63,718 nt of DNA, filler included, from Candidatus Coatesbacteria bacterium (GCA_016927185.1; 6 parts of 6 records of this genome joined end to end with filler, not necessarily neighbours in it), one strand, 5' to 3'; positions 8,488 through 19,044 are shown, counted from the whole stretch's first letter. Numbers and translations are program-made. Notes: generated by a model not told the origin, from the sequence alone.

Positions 8488-10926
8488 ATGAAATCAAGGA
8501 AAAACAGGAATTTTATTCCTCACTTCATCTTGAAGCAATTTATATTAAAACAGTACTTTGGAAATTTCAGGGCAATAATTATATATGCAGATATAACAGG
8601 AATAGCAAAACTCATTGATCACATGCTTCTTGAAGGAAAAGCAGGAGCAGCAGTATTGAGCCAGGAACTTGAATTCCTGTTCGAAGAAATGAATAAGGAG
8701 ATATACACAAGAGGCGGATTTGTTGGGGATTATCATGGTGATGCTTTTGCTGCTTATTTTCCAATCTTGAATGACCAGACTGCAACATGGGAAAGGGCAA
8801 GAACTGCTGCTGATGGCTTGCTTGGTTTTTTTGCCAAAAAGGGAAACAGGCATACAAAATTGGGAATCTATGCCTTGAATGTGAAAATCGGAATGGGTAT
8901 CGGTAATGTGGAATGGGGAATTGTAGGTGAAAACAGGCAGTTCGGATGGTATTTCAGGGGCAATGGACTTGCACAGGCAGTTCAGGCTGAAGGAATGGCT
9001 GAAATAGGCAGAATCTATATTCCGGGGGAGCTTCAGGGACTGGGACCCGCAAGGAATTTCGAGGAAGATGAAATAGAAAGGGAGGATATTGATATTCCAC
9101 TTAATGCAATTACCAGTTTTTATTCACCAGATATACTGAATTTCGAATGGGGAGACATCAGAAATATTGTTGCCTTATCAATAAGATTCATTGGTGCATT
9201 GGATTATGACAAACTGAATGAGTTGTATGCAATTGCATCGAGATTCGGCATTCGCTATGGAGGATACGTAAACAACCTGGAATTCCATGGCAAGCCAAGA
9301 AATCTACTTGTAATTTTCGGATTCCCTTTTGATAACGGTGATATATTAAGAAGGGCATTGAGTTATGTAACAAATTTCAAGGCAGCAATAGAAAGGGGAG
9401 TTCTTCCAGTTCAGCTGAAAGCTGCAATTGCATCATCCAATGCATTCTGCGGTTTCAGGGGAGGAGAACTGAGAGCAGAACCGGTCTGCATAGGTCCTGC
9501 AATTGGTTTTGCTGATATATTACTGAGAGTTACTGAACCTGATAATATTGTAATGCCAGAAGATCTTGCGAATGCAACAAATAATTTCGCAAATGTCAGC
9601 CTTGTTGCAAAGAAGAATTTCAGGGGCATTAAAAATACAGTTGCATATTTCAAGCTTGACAATCTGCAGAATCTTGCTGATGGTCTTGGAATGACTGAGA
9701 AATTAAAGGGAAGATCAAATGAACTGAGTTTTCTCAAAAAAGAGATAAAACAGAAATTCGAGAAAAGGGCATTTGGTGGTGTAATACTTGTAAGAGGTGA
9801 AGCAGGCATAGGGAAATCCCATCTTATCTACTCATTAAGGCAGATACTTGAAGAGGAGAAAACTCCGCATCACTGGGTTTATGTAAGAAATGACCCATTA
9901 TATCCACAGCCTTATGGAGGATTTGTAAGATTTTTTTACAGATATTTCAGGCAGGAAAGATCAAAGAGACAGGCAGAAAACAAAGCCAGTTTTCTTCAGG
10001 TTGCATCTGAACTGATGGCAGCAAGAACAATGCCAGCCAAGCTAAAGGCAGGATTGCAGCATAACCTGTCGTTCTTAAGCGATCTCATAGGTTTGAAATG
10101 GCCTGATTCCGTAGCAGCATTGACTACAGAAGAAGACAAGTACAAGGATTTACTCTACAAGACAATGAAAGCCTTTTTTGTTGCATTATCTTTCAAGATT
10201 CCTGTTATAATACATATAGAGAATGCAGATTCTCTGGACAAGGAGACAAAGGAATTCCTGCCATTTTTGTTACAGAATATGCAGAATGTACCGATCACTA
10301 TAATTGCTACTGCAAGAGGTAATGAATCTCCGGGATGGTACAATGAATTATGCCAGGAATATCAATGCAGGGAGATAGTGCTTAAAACACTGGAAGACAA
10401 ATATATTAACGGTATTGCATATGCAGAGATTGGAAATCATCCTTCAAAAGCATTCATGGAATATTTATATAAAATATCGGAATATAATCCAATGAAGCTT
10501 TTGATAGCTATACAGACATTGAAACTTCTGGATATCATTAAGATGGATCCAGTAAATAATCTGGCTGATCTGCCAGAGGATCCGAAAGCAATTCCTGATA
10601 CTATAGATAAATGTCTGAATATGCAGCTTGAGAAAATCCCCAAGAAGCTCGTTAATATAATAAAACAATCCGCAGTAATAAGTGACTGGTTTCCAGTATT
10701 TCTTTTTAATTATACAAAGGAAGAAACCGAGCTGATAGACAAGGATTTGTTGCTTCTGTGTGAAAGATACAATTACTTCATGTTCGAGAAGATAAGTATT
10801 GCTGATGAGGAAACTTATCTTATATATACTTCCAATATTATAAGGGAATTCCTGCTTTCAAAAATTCCAAAAAAGAAACTTGATGAAATGAGGAATAATC
10901 TGGAGAAGGCTTTAAAAAATCAGTGA
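8488..10926 (+). CDS. Class III nucleotide cyclase domain(s) fused to a STAND/AAA ATPase
   Basis: YADITG and GDAF cyclase motifs; degenerate second cyclase domain; Walker A GEAGIGKS. Confidence 0.8.
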   Translation: MKSRKNRNFIPHFILKQFILKQYFGNFRAIIIYADITGIAKLIDHMLLEGKAGAAVLSQELEFLFEEMNKEIYTRGGFVGDYHGDAFAAYFPILNDQTATWERARTAADGLLGFFAKKGNRHTKLGIYALNVKIGMGIGNVEWGIVGENRQFGWYFRGNGLAQAVQAEGMAEIGRIYIPGELQGLGPARNFEEDEIEREDIDIPLNAITSFYSPDILNFEWGDIRNIVALSIRFIGALDYDKLNELYAIASRFGIRYGGYVNNLEFHGKPRNLLVIFGFPFDNGDILRRALSYVTNFKAAIERGVLPVQLKAAIASSNAFCGFRGGELRAEPVCIGPAIGFADILLRVTEPDNIVMPEDLANATNNFANVSLVAKKNFRGIKNTVAYFKLDNLQNLADGLGMTEKLKGRSNELSFLKKEIKQKFEKRAFGGVILVRGEAGIGKSHLIYSLRQILEEEKTPHHWVYVRNDPLYPQPYGGFVRFFYRYFRQERSKRQAENKASFLQVASELMAARTMPAKLKAGLQHNLSFLSDLIGLKWPDSVAALTTEEDKYKDLLYKTMKAFFVALSFKIPVIIHIENADSLDKETKEFLPFLLQNMQNVPITIIATARGNESPGWYNELCQEYQCREIVLKTLEDKYINGIAYAEIGNHPSKAFMEYLYKISEYNPMKLLIAIQTLKLLDIIKMDPVNNLADLPEDPKAIPDTIDKCLNMQLEKIPKKLVNIIKQSAVISDWFPVFLFNYTKEETELIDKDLLLLCERYNYFMFEKISIADEETYLIYTSNIIREFLLSKIPKKKLDEMRNNLEKALKNQ

Positions 10927-11682
10927 TGCAACTACGAAATCCATTATAAGAATTCCCACTGAAGAAAATACTACTGCTTTTGTTGTAGAAAATCCGACTC
11001 CTTCTGCTCCTCCTTCAGTATAATACCCGAAATAAGTGCCCATGCCTGCAATTATAAGTCCGAAAATGAATGTTTTTATAAGTCCGCCATAAAGATCTCT
11101 TTCCATGTAAAGCATGCGGAGACCTTCAATGAATGTTGCTGAAGGAACACCAAGAAAATAATGTGCAACGAGAAGTCCCCCGATTATTGCGATCAGGTTT
11201 GCATATATGGTGAGCACTGGCAGCATAAAAAAACCAGCAACCATTCTTGACAGGCAAATATATTCGAAGGGATCAAGGCTGAGAGTTTCCATTGCATCTA
11301 TCTGCTCTGTCACTCTCATAGTACCGATTTCAGCAGCAATTCCAGCTCCCACCCTGCCAGCAATAACTAGTGCAGTAAGTACTGGACCAAGTTCTATCAA
11401 GACTGCCTTTCCAACTCCACCTCCTATATATTGAAGAGGCAGCATGTCCCTCATCTGGTATTTCGCCTGGACTGCAGTAACCATTCCAGTGAAAACTGAA
11501 GTTATGCTTACAAGTCCCAGGGATTTAACACCGAAGAATTCCATCTGCTGAAAAATATACTTTCTTATCTTGAAAATGCTTGGTATTCTTGAAAAAACTA
11601 TAAGCTGGAAAAAGAGATATCTTCCCACAAATGCGAATCCATCAAGCACGCCATTCCCGATTTTTTGAAGAAAATCAAGCAT
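10912..11682 (-). CDS. mlaE: MlaE-family ABC transporter permease
   Basis: ELGPVLTALVIAGRVGAGIAAEIGTMRVTEQIDA; GGAEGVG. Confidence 0.93.
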   Translation of the reverse strand: MLDFLQKIGNGVLDGFAFVGRYLFFQLIVFSRIPSIFKIRKYIFQQMEFFGVKSLGLVSITSVFTGMVTAVQAKYQMRDMLPLQYIGGGVGKAVLIELGPVLTALVIAGRVGAGIAAEIGTMRVTEQIDAMETLSLDPFEYICLSRMVAGFFMLPVLTIYANLIAIIGGLLVAHYFLGVPSATFIEGLRMLYMERDLYGGLIKTFIFGLIIAGMGTYFGYYTEGGAEGVGFSTTKAVVFSSVGILIMDFVVASLIF

Positions 11683-12361
11683 AATTCACGCTTTCCAGGA
11701 ATAATCCGCAAGCTGGAGCTACATAAAACCTTGTCTCTCTCTTGCCACACCCTATCTGGTAAAGGTAGCCCATAATAGTTCTTACCATCTTGTGCAGGAA
11801 TCTGTTTGCAGTTATTTCCAGCATGTAATCATGCAGTGTGTTCAGGAAGTTTATTGAATACACTGTACACAAGGGATTATCGTATTTCCCTACAGAATAG
11901 GAAGAGAAATCATTAACTCCAAGGAATTCAGGTAATACCTCTTTTATGGCATTACAATTCAATGCTCTCTTTAACTTCCAGTAAAAACGCTCCTCGAAGA
12001 TATTATCCCTCAATGACATATAATACCTGTAAGTCCTGCTGATGGCTGAAAACCTTGGATGAAAATCATCATCAGTGCAAAATTCAGATGAGATTATCCT
12101 TATGCTTTCAGGAAGCAATGCATTAAGTGCCTTTTTCAAATCGCATGGTTCCATCTGCTTTTTCAGATTTGCCTGAATTGGCAATGCTCTTGCGTGAACT
12201 CCTGCATCAGTTCTTCCTGCTGGAATTACTCTTATGCTTTCTTCAGTGATTTCAAGAAATGCTTTTTCAAGTTCTCCCTGAATTGTCTTGCAGTCAGGTT
12301 GATACTGAAAACCTGAATAGCAGGTCCCGTCATATGAAACAAGAAAATTATACTTCGTCAT
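11675..12361 (-). CDS. truA: tRNA pseudouridine(38-40) synthase
   Basis: YDGT..SGFQ.Q, AGRTDAGVHA, FLHKMVR, APACGLFL. Confidence 0.95.
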   Translation of the reverse strand: MTKYNFLVSYDGTCYSGFQYQPDCKTIQGELEKAFLEITEESIRVIPAGRTDAGVHARALPIQANLKKQMEPCDLKKALNALLPESIRIISSEFCTDDDFHPRFSAISRTYRYYMSLRDNIFEERFYWKLKRALNCNAIKEVLPEFLGVNDFSSYSVGKYDNPLCTVYSINFLNTLHDYMLEITANRFLHKMVRTIMGYLYQIGCGKRETRFYVAPACGLFLESVNYA

Positions 12362-13101
12362 TGCTTCTTGTTCAAAAGAGATCTGAATACCTGCGTCAGT
12401 TTTTCATCAGCTTCACTGTTTTCAACTTTACTGTCTACAGAACAGCTTTTGCATTCAATAGGTTTTTCAGGAGACAGCATCTGAAGCTTGCATACTTCAT
12501 CACTTGTCAGTATTCTCTGGCTTCCAAGCAATTTGCTCACGAGAAAAATCTGTGCATAATGTTCAAGCCTCTCCATCTTGAAATATGCATCCCACAAGTC
12601 CTTGCCTATGGAAATTGCTCCGTGATTAGCAAGAAGCACAACATCATGTTTTTTTATATAGTTTTTGATGCTTTCAGGAACTTCTGAAGTGGATGGAGTT
12701 GCATAATCAGCAAGAGGAATTATTCCTATGGTAAGTACAATCTCTGGCAGTATGCAGCTATCCAGTTGAACTCCAGCAACTGCAAGAGCTGTAGCAACTA
12801 CCGGGTGTGCATGAACAACAGCTATTGCATCATTTCTCTCTTCATAAATGGAGAAATGCATTGGTGCTTCACTTGTTATTTTCTTTTTGCCTGATATTAC
12901 CTTCCTGGATTTCATATCAACAATTAGAATATCAGATGCTGCCATGTCACCCTTGCAAATACCTGTTGGAGTAATAGCTATTTCGTTTTTGTTTATCTTT
13001 ACTGACAGGTTTCCGTCATTGGATGCAACCATCCCTTTTTCATACAATCTCTTGCCAATACTTACAATATCCCTTACTGCCTTATTCCTGTTCATTTTCA
13101 C
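12358..13101 (-). CDS. Class II aldolase/adducin-family protein (fuculose-phosphate aldolase-like)
   Basis: DGNLS, ITPTG, SE..MH, VVHAHP, LLANHG. Confidence 0.9.
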   Translation of the reverse strand: MKMNRNKAVRDIVSIGKRLYEKGMVASNDGNLSVKINKNEIAITPTGICKGDMAASDILIVDMKSRKVISGKKKITSEAPMHFSIYEERNDAIAVVHAHPVVATALAVAGVQLDSCILPEIVLTIGIIPLADYATPSTSEVPESIKNYIKKHDVVLLANHGAISIGKDLWDAYFKMERLEHYAQIFLVSKLLGSQRILTSDEVCKLQMLSPEKPIECKSCSVDSKVENSEADEKLTQVFRSLLNKKQ

Positions 13102-13798
13102 TCCAATCTCTTCCTGATCGGATAATATTCATACTTTCCCTTCCATGATTGAATAATATGTCAACAGCACTTAAATGAGATATAAAAGGTGTCAAGCCCT
13201 GATCATAAACCGGATGCTTGAATTCCTGCCAGTGAAGTTTTATGGCATCGAAGCGCTCCTTTTTCAGGTAATTCCTTGCTCCCTGTCCGCAGAAATAATC
13301 AGTAGCTTGTGTTGCCTCAAGCAATTTCAGCAATCTCTCTGTTTTCTGCTCTTTTATATTGAACTTGGAAGCCTTCGCAAACTCGGTTTTGATTTCAAGG
13401 CATCTGCAAAACCAGTTTATAAGCTCTATATTAAGATCACACAGGAATTTCCACTTCCCGAGCATTATGCTTTCGAATTCAGGAAAATAATCATTAAAAA
13501 AAGGTCTTCCCCTGTAAAGAAGATTAATTGTCTTTGTAATTTTTTCAATCCATTCTTCGTTTTCAGCAATCAATACCTTGTTTATTTCTTCCGGGAAATG
13601 GAAGTGAACAGGGACAGTAAGCCAGATTATGGAATTCTTCTGTCTTATCCTGTTCCTGTTTATGAAATCATTCTTCTTGTATTGTACATCATCAAGAATA
13701 ATGAATAAATCAACCATGTCAATTTTCTCGAAATACCCTATCCATGGAAGGAAATTAGGTTGATGGATTGTTACTGATTTCCTTTTCAATGACATCAT
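13082..13798 (-). CDS. WbqC-family protein
   Basis: IHQPNFLPWIGYF, DDVQY, NRNRI, LS.VD.LFN.G. Confidence 0.9.
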   Translation of the reverse strand: MMSLKRKSVTIHQPNFLPWIGYFEKIDMVDLFIILDDVQYKKNDFINRNRIRQKNSIIWLTVPVHFHFPEEINKVLIAENEEWIEKITKTINLLYRGRPFFNDYFPEFESIMLGKWKFLCDLNIELINWFCRCLEIKTEFAKASKFNIKEQKTERLLKLLEATQATDYFCGQGARNYLKKERFDAIKLHWQEFKHPVYDQGLTPFISHLSAVDILFNHGRESMNIIRSGRDWSENEQE

Positions 13799-13872
13799 GC
13801 AATTTCCTGATTTGATTAATGCTAAATATGGTCAAGAAAAAAGAGTCTTGTCTAATATAGCATAACTTTCTG

Positions 13873-14337
13873 TCAGATTCTTGAGAGAAAGTATCTTGCT
13901 GCAAACCATGAAAGCCATGGAAGAGGAACAAGTACAAACAAGTTGTGCGATAAAAGAGATTCCGGTCTCATGCTTCCATATACTGTAAACAAACCCTTAA
14001 CAAAGTTTTGCTGAATTTCCGGAAGAAAGATGAATGACATTACAATCAAAGGAATCAATGTTGCAGCAATATATAGAGGTAATTGAAACTGCTTCTTCTC
14101 AGTGACCATGTATCTTGTCTTGATATTCTTAAATATTTCATTTGAAAGAGCAACTGGAGCTTCATATTTGACAAGTTGTGCAATTGCCTTATCCTCTTCC
14201 TTGAGTTTTTCATACATTTCCCTGCAATAGTCGCATTCAGAAAGATGCATCATGAATTTCTCTTTTTCAGTGTCATCAAGAAATCCCATTATGCAAGCTT
14301 CAATGAACTTCCTGTCATAAATATCGCATTTTTTCAT
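13873..14337 (-). CDS. Zinc-binding (HxxxCxxC) membrane anti-sigma factor
   Basis: HLSECDYC motif plus TM segments; overlaps the ECF sigma stop. Confidence 0.85.
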   Translation of the reverse strand: MKKCDIYDRKFIEACIMGFLDDTEKEKFMMHLSECDYCREMYEKLKEEDKAIAQLVKYEAPVALSNEIFKNIKTRYMVTEKKQFQLPLYIAATLIPLIVMSFIFLPEIQQNFVKGLFTVYGSMRPESLLSHNLFVLVPLPWLSWFAARYFLSRI

Positions 14338-14906
14338 ATTATCTCCTTCAAGAGAGGATTAAGCTCAATCCTGAGCTGTTCTTTTGCACGATAAAGAATT
14401 GTCTTTGCAGTTCCCAAAGGTATATCCATTATTTCAGCAATCTCCCTGTAATCACGGTCTTCATAGTAATACAAGACAAGTGCAGATTTGTATCTGACAG
14501 GAAGTTTTTCAAGGGCAGTTTTTAGTATATCCTGTCTTTTCTGCAAGTCAAGAATTTCACATGGTTCAGATTGGTCTTCACAGGCAATATTTTCCAGATC
14601 CCCTTCCATATCAGAAGCAGACAGTATTGTATCCTTCCTGCCTCTTGCGAAATTCAGGAGGTGATTGTAAGCAAGCCTGTAAAACCATGTTGTAAGTTTT
14701 GATTCTTCCCTGAATGAGGAAATGTTCTCGAATGCCCTTGAAAATATCTCCATGCATAGATCCTTCTTTTCCTCATCATTTGCAGAAAATGAAGAAGCAA
14801 GTGAGTAAGTCATTCCGTTATTTTCATCAATAAATCTTTTCCACATTCCTGGATTCCCTTGTTTAAGTTTCATGATATCTTCATGTTCCCAACTCTTTTT
14901 AACCAT
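14334..14906 (-). CDS. ECF RNA polymerase sigma factor (sigma-70 family)
   Basis: SFREESKLTTWFYRLAYN; region 4 YREIAEIMDIPLGTAKTILYRAK. Confidence 0.93.
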   Translation of the reverse strand: MVKKSWEHEDIMKLKQGNPGMWKRFIDENNGMTYSLASSFSANDEEKKDLCMEIFSRAFENISSFREESKLTTWFYRLAYNHLLNFARGRKDTILSASDMEGDLENIACEDQSEPCEILDLQKRQDILKTALEKLPVRYKSALVLYYYEDRDYREIAEIMDIPLGTAKTILYRAKEQLRIELNPLLKEII

Positions 14907-15027
14907 TACTTTTCAATCTGTTTTAATATATTTTATGTCAAGCAAGCTTTACAGGCAGAAATAATCATAAATCCATAAGAGCCAGTATAAACCAGCTCTT
15001 AAATAACCTTCTTCTGATAAGTTGGTT

Positions 15028-15606
15028 TTAGTTATCATTTTTAATATCCTTCCTGCCAGCAATGAAATACCAGGCAACAACAGAAGCACCTGATAGCATT
15101 CCTGCCATTCCGATAAGCAGAATGCCCCATTGTGAGCGTGGAATGAAGAAGTATGTAACAAAACAGGCAAGTCCGATTCCAAGAATTACTAATCCTTTTA
15201 ACAATGTTCTTGAAGGATTATAAATTTTTACAGGTTCAACATCCATTGGAATTGATAGTCCTTTTTCCATTGCAAAAATTCTCTCCTTGGTTTTCAAGGA
15301 TTTTGTATACATTCCAGCAATTATTGCGATTATTGGTATTCCCAGGCTCATTATGATTGCTATAATTGGTATTATGTTTTCATCTATTTGCTTGTGATTT
15401 CCATTTATAACTATTTTCCTTCCATCCTTTGAGAGTATTTTATCAATTTCCTCTTCTTCGTCTGCTTCCTTATCAATGTTTTTGACAACTTCAGTTTTCT
15501 TTAAAGTGTCTTCAATTGGAACTATTTCCTTTTTTTCCACTTTCAGAGTGTCAGTTTCAGACAGTGATAAGATAAGAAACAATGCACCTAACACAACATT
15601 CAACAT
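15028..15606 (-). CDS. DUF6249-like membrane protein
   Basis: ERIFAMEKG motif between TM helices; typical ECF-locus neighbour. Confidence 0.65.
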   Translation of the reverse strand: MLNVVLGALFLILSLSETDTLKVEKKEIVPIEDTLKKTEVVKNIDKEADEEEEIDKILSKDGRKIVINGNHKQIDENIIPIIAIIMSLGIPIIAIIAGMYTKSLKTKERIFAMEKGLSIPMDVEPVKIYNPSRTLLKGLVILGIGLACFVTYFFIPRSQWGILLIGMAGMLSGASVVAWYFIAGRKDIKNDN

Positions 15607-15639
15607 TTTAAAACCTCCATTTTTTTCTTTTCTACTCTA

Positions 15640-15668
15640 TTAGACATGGAACACAGAAAAAAGTTTCA
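15640..15668 (-). promoter_or_regulatory. ECF-type promoter TGAAAC-N16-TGTCTA
   Basis: Matches the SigW/RpoE-like consensus, 34 bp upstream of the DUF6249 gene that precedes the sigma/anti-sigma pair. Confidence 0.65.
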
Positions 15669-15879
15669 AACTTTTTTTAGAAATCTCTTTCAATTTATCA
15701 TAAGAGATTGATATATATGATATTAGATTATTAGCAGAAACAGGATGAATATCAGATTTTAATTACATATTTGAAAAAAAAAAGTATTGAATGGAATCTC
15801 TCTCATGCCAATGGTGTAAAACTTGCAAGAATTTATGGCATAGGAATTTGCTGAAGAATATCTTCTTAGTATTAATTCC

Positions 15880-16069
15880 TTACTCTACCTTCACCACCCT
15901 CTTACATTCCTTCCCAGCCTTCACAATATAAACTCCCTCTCTCCATTTGCTTGTGTCAATAGAATGCTTGCCTTTGTTCATCTTCATAATAAGTTGACCA
16001 GTCAGGGAATAGACAGCTCCTGATGATGGAAGGGAAAGAGACAAGCGGGATGAGAAGGGGTTGGGGGAG
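15880..16069 (-). CDS. 3' fragment of a secreted protein: T9SS-type CTD cassette only (cut by the gap)
   Basis: Manual translation SPNPFSSRLSLSLPSSGAVYSLTGQLIMKMNKGKHSIDTSKWREGVYIVKAGKECKRVVKVE*. Confidence 0.85.
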
Positions 16070-16169
16070 NNNNNNNNNNNNNNNNNNNNNNNNNNNNNNN
16101 NNNNNNNNNNNNNTTAATTAATTAANNNNNNNNNNNNNNNNNNNNNNNNNNNNNNNNNNNNNNNNNNNN
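16070..16169. other. Artificial contig linker
   Basis: N44-TTAATTAATTAA-N44 (stops in all six frames). Confidence 0.98.
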
Positions 16170-16170
16170 A

Positions 16171-16262
16171 GACTTTCAGTAATTCCCTTACTATCTTGAA
16201 AGCCATTTTTGTTTCATAGCTGGGATTTGAAAACAAGGTTTTAATAATGTCCCGCCAGGGGT
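16171..16262. repeat. 92-bp direct repeat, copy 1 (upstream of the pho locus)
   Basis: 76/92 identical, ungapped, to 25550-25641 (manual count). Confidence 0.85.
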
Positions 16263-16521
16263 AGGTCTTAAGGACAATAAAATTTGTAAGTCAACCTATC
16301 CCCTAGACATGCTGGATTTAAGCTGGGTGTTAACTTTCATAGCAATAGAATTACTATATAAAAAGTTTTACACGAAAACTTCCATCAATATCATTCCTTC
16401 TTAAGCCATCTCAGCATATCTTGCGGAATGGATTAACTGAGAAACCGTAAAACTATTTGACTTCAATTGGTTTATTTAAATTCCAATCATTGAAAAAACA
16501 GCAAGAGAATGACAAGGATAA

Positions 16522-17208
16522 TTGAAAATGGATAAATTAATAGTAATTCTGGATGACGAAATTGATATCGTAGAGCTTGTTTCAATTCATCTAAAGAAAG
16601 CAGGTTTCAATTCAAGGGGATTCATTTATTCCAAAGACTTCCTTGAATACATAGAAACAGTGATCCCTGACTTGATAATACTTGATTTGATGCTGCCTGA
16701 TGCCGATGGTTTCGAGATCTGCAGAATTCTCAGAAGCAAACCTGATATCAAGGATATTCCAGTGATAATGCTTACTGCCAGAGCAGATGAAATTGACAAG
16801 ATAGTAGGACTTGAACTAGGAGCTGACGATTATATTACAAAACCTTTCTCCCCAAAAGAGCTTATGGCAAGAGTGAAAGCAGTGCTTAGAAGAATGAGAT
16901 TAAAAGAAGATTCTGACAAAATAAAAATTGGAACAAGAATTACATTAGACAATAAAAGATTTGAAGTTGAAATTGATGGTGAAAAAATTGATTTAACTTC
17001 AACTGAATTCAGGATACTGAAAATACTAGCTGAAAAAAAGGGCTGGGTGTTCAGCAGGAATCAGCTGCTGGAAAAATTATGGGGAAATGATAAGTTTGTT
17101 TTAGACAGAACTATAGATGTTCATATAAAAAACCTCAGGGAAAAACTCGGAAGCGAAGGAAAATGCATAAAAAATATCAGGGGAATAGGTTATAAACTGG
17201 AAAAATGA
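16522..17208 (+). CDS. phoB: PhoB/PhoP-type OmpR-family response regulator
   Basis: LDLMLP, GLELGADDYITKPFSP, RTIDVHIKNLREKL; heads the pst locus. Confidence 0.9.
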   Translation: MKMDKLIVILDDEIDIVELVSIHLKKAGFNSRGFIYSKDFLEYIETVIPDLIILDLMLPDADGFEICRILRSKPDIKDIPVIMLTARADEIDKIVGLELGADDYITKPFSPKELMARVKAVLRRMRLKEDSDKIKIGTRITLDNKRFEVEIDGEKIDLTSTEFRILKILAEKKGWVFSRNQLLEKLWGNDKFVLDRTIDVHIKNLREKLGSEGKCIKNIRGIGYKLEK

Positions 17209-18935
17209 AAAAATATTACAGTATAAGGCTTTTCCTGCTTTTTCTGCTTCTTGTGCTTCTATTTTCATTTGCTTATCCATATCTTGTCTTGAGAAAAACA
17301 AGAATAGCACATGAAGATATAACAATAGATGCTCTTTACAAAATGTCCAATATTCTGCTCCAAGAACTCAGTCCAATTCTTGCCAGCAATAACAATGAAC
17401 AAATAAAGTTCTTTATCAGAAACACAAGTTACAATTCACATATTGCGTTACTTGACAAGAATTGCAATATAATAGCTGATAATCTCAAGGAAAACAGAAT
17501 AATAAACCTGAGCAATTACAAAAATGAGATAAATGAAGCATTATCAGGGAAGAAATCTGCCATAATGTATTATGATACAATAAACAAGCAAGAAGCAATA
17601 GGGATATTTGTTCCTGTCACAAGAGAGAATGAGATCATTGGTGTTTTCTATATATCATCCTTGATGGTAGAACTTGACAGACTTAAAACTCATATAATAA
17701 GAAATACATTATATATTTCAATCATTTCAATCATTCTCTCCTTCATAATGTCTTGTCTTGCAGGTGATTATTTCTTGAAACCAATAAATATTATCAGCAA
17801 TGCAGCAAAGGCAGTCATTAAAGGGGATTACAGTACCAGAGTCTTTTTCAGATATGGAGATGAAATAAGCATTCTGGCGTTAAATTTCAATGAGATGGTT
17901 GCCCATATTGAGGAAAAAATTTCCATATTCAGTGAACAGAATGAAGAGCTTAATACAATCTTGTCATCCCTTCAGGAAGGTTTGTTACTCATTGATAAGA
18001 ATGTGAGAATAAAATATGCAAACAGGAGAATTTCAGAAATTCTTGGCCACGAAGTAAGTACAGGTAAGTTCTTATGGGAGACAGTAAAGGATCCTGATAT
18101 CAATATTTATATTAATAGATTGCTCAAGTCTAAAGATGGCGGAATAGATGAGCTCAGAACAGGGGGAGGCATCTTTCTGGTAAGTTTTGCATTTCTTGAG
18201 AAAACTGAGGATATTATAATACTTCTTTATGATATTACAGACAGGAAAAGATTTGATATACTGCGGAAAGATTTCGTGGATAATGTTTCTCATGAGTTGA
18301 GAACCCCCCTTACCGCAATAAAGGGATATGTGGAAACAATAGAAACTACAGAGAATGAAGAAAACAAGCATTATCTTGAGATAATCAGAAAGCATACAGA
18401 TAGACTTATAAATATTGTTAATGACTTGTTGCTTCTTTCAAGCCTGCAAAAAGAGGGCCAGGTTGTTGAGGAGGAAGTAAACTTAAAAGAGCTTATGGAG
18501 TATATGATAAGCTCTTATGAGAAGAAGATTTCAGATGCAGGCTTGAAAATTGAATTCGAATGCTTTACGGAAAATCATGTAATAAAATCAGATGCTTTCA
18601 AGGTTGAGCAGGTTTTCATAAATTTAATTGATAATGCAATCAAGTACACTGAAAAAGGATACATAAGAATCACTATTCATGAAGATGACGAGAACATAAG
18701 TGTATCCATAAAGGATACAGGGATAGGTATTTCACCTGAAAACCAGAAAAGAATATTTGAACGATTTTTTGTTGCAGACAAGTCAAGATCAAGGGAAAAA
18801 GGTGGAACTGGACTGGGTTTATCTATAGTCAAGCATATTATTCACTCATTTAATGGCAATATAGATGTATCAAGCAGTCCCAACAATGGCTCCATTTTTA
18901 CAGTAGTTCTTCCAAAAAAGCAAATAAAATCTTAA
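17205..18935 (+). CDS. phoR: PhoR-type sensor histidine kinase (HAMP, PAS, HisKA, HATPase)
   Basis: DFVDNVSHELRTPLTAIKGY, NLIDNAIKY, DKSRSREKGGTGLGL. Confidence 0.9.
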   Translation: MKKYYSIRLFLLFLLLVLLFSFAYPYLVLRKTRIAHEDITIDALYKMSNILLQELSPILASNNNEQIKFFIRNTSYNSHIALLDKNCNIIADNLKENRIINLSNYKNEINEALSGKKSAIMYYDTINKQEAIGIFVPVTRENEIIGVFYISSLMVELDRLKTHIIRNTLYISIISIILSFIMSCLAGDYFLKPINIISNAAKAVIKGDYSTRVFFRYGDEISILALNFNEMVAHIEEKISIFSEQNEELNTILSSLQEGLLLIDKNVRIKYANRRISEILGHEVSTGKFLWETVKDPDINIYINRLLKSKDGGIDELRTGGGIFLVSFAFLEKTEDIIILLYDITDRKRFDILRKDFVDNVSHELRTPLTAIKGYVETIETTENEENKHYLEIIRKHTDRLINIVNDLLLLSSLQKEGQVVEEEVNLKELMEYMISSYEKKISDAGLKIEFECFTENHVIKSDAFKVEQVFINLIDNAIKYTEKGYIRITIHEDDENISVSIKDTGIGISPENQKRIFERFFVADKSRSREKGGTGLGLSIVKHIIHSFNGNIDVSSSPNNGSIFTVVLPKKQIKS

Positions 18936-18991
18936 CAGTAAATTAATACTTCCCTTATTTCAAATTAATAATTCATTACAAAAATGTAATA
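18932..18991 (+). promoter_or_regulatory. Pho-box array upstream of the metallophosphoesterase
   Basis: TTAACA/TTAATA hexamers at 18932, 18943 and 18965 (11-bp phase), plus ATTACA/GTAATA at 18975 and 18986. Confidence 0.65.
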
Positions 18992-19044
18992 AAAGAATAG
19001 CAGGATTTTGGGCTAGAAATCTTATATTCAAGAAGGGGAAATGA

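Noticed and set aside
16070-16169. TTAATTAATTAA palindrome repeated five times within N runs
   Set aside because: Artificial six-frame-stop linker. ORF ends at 32993 and 48272 created by it are not real.
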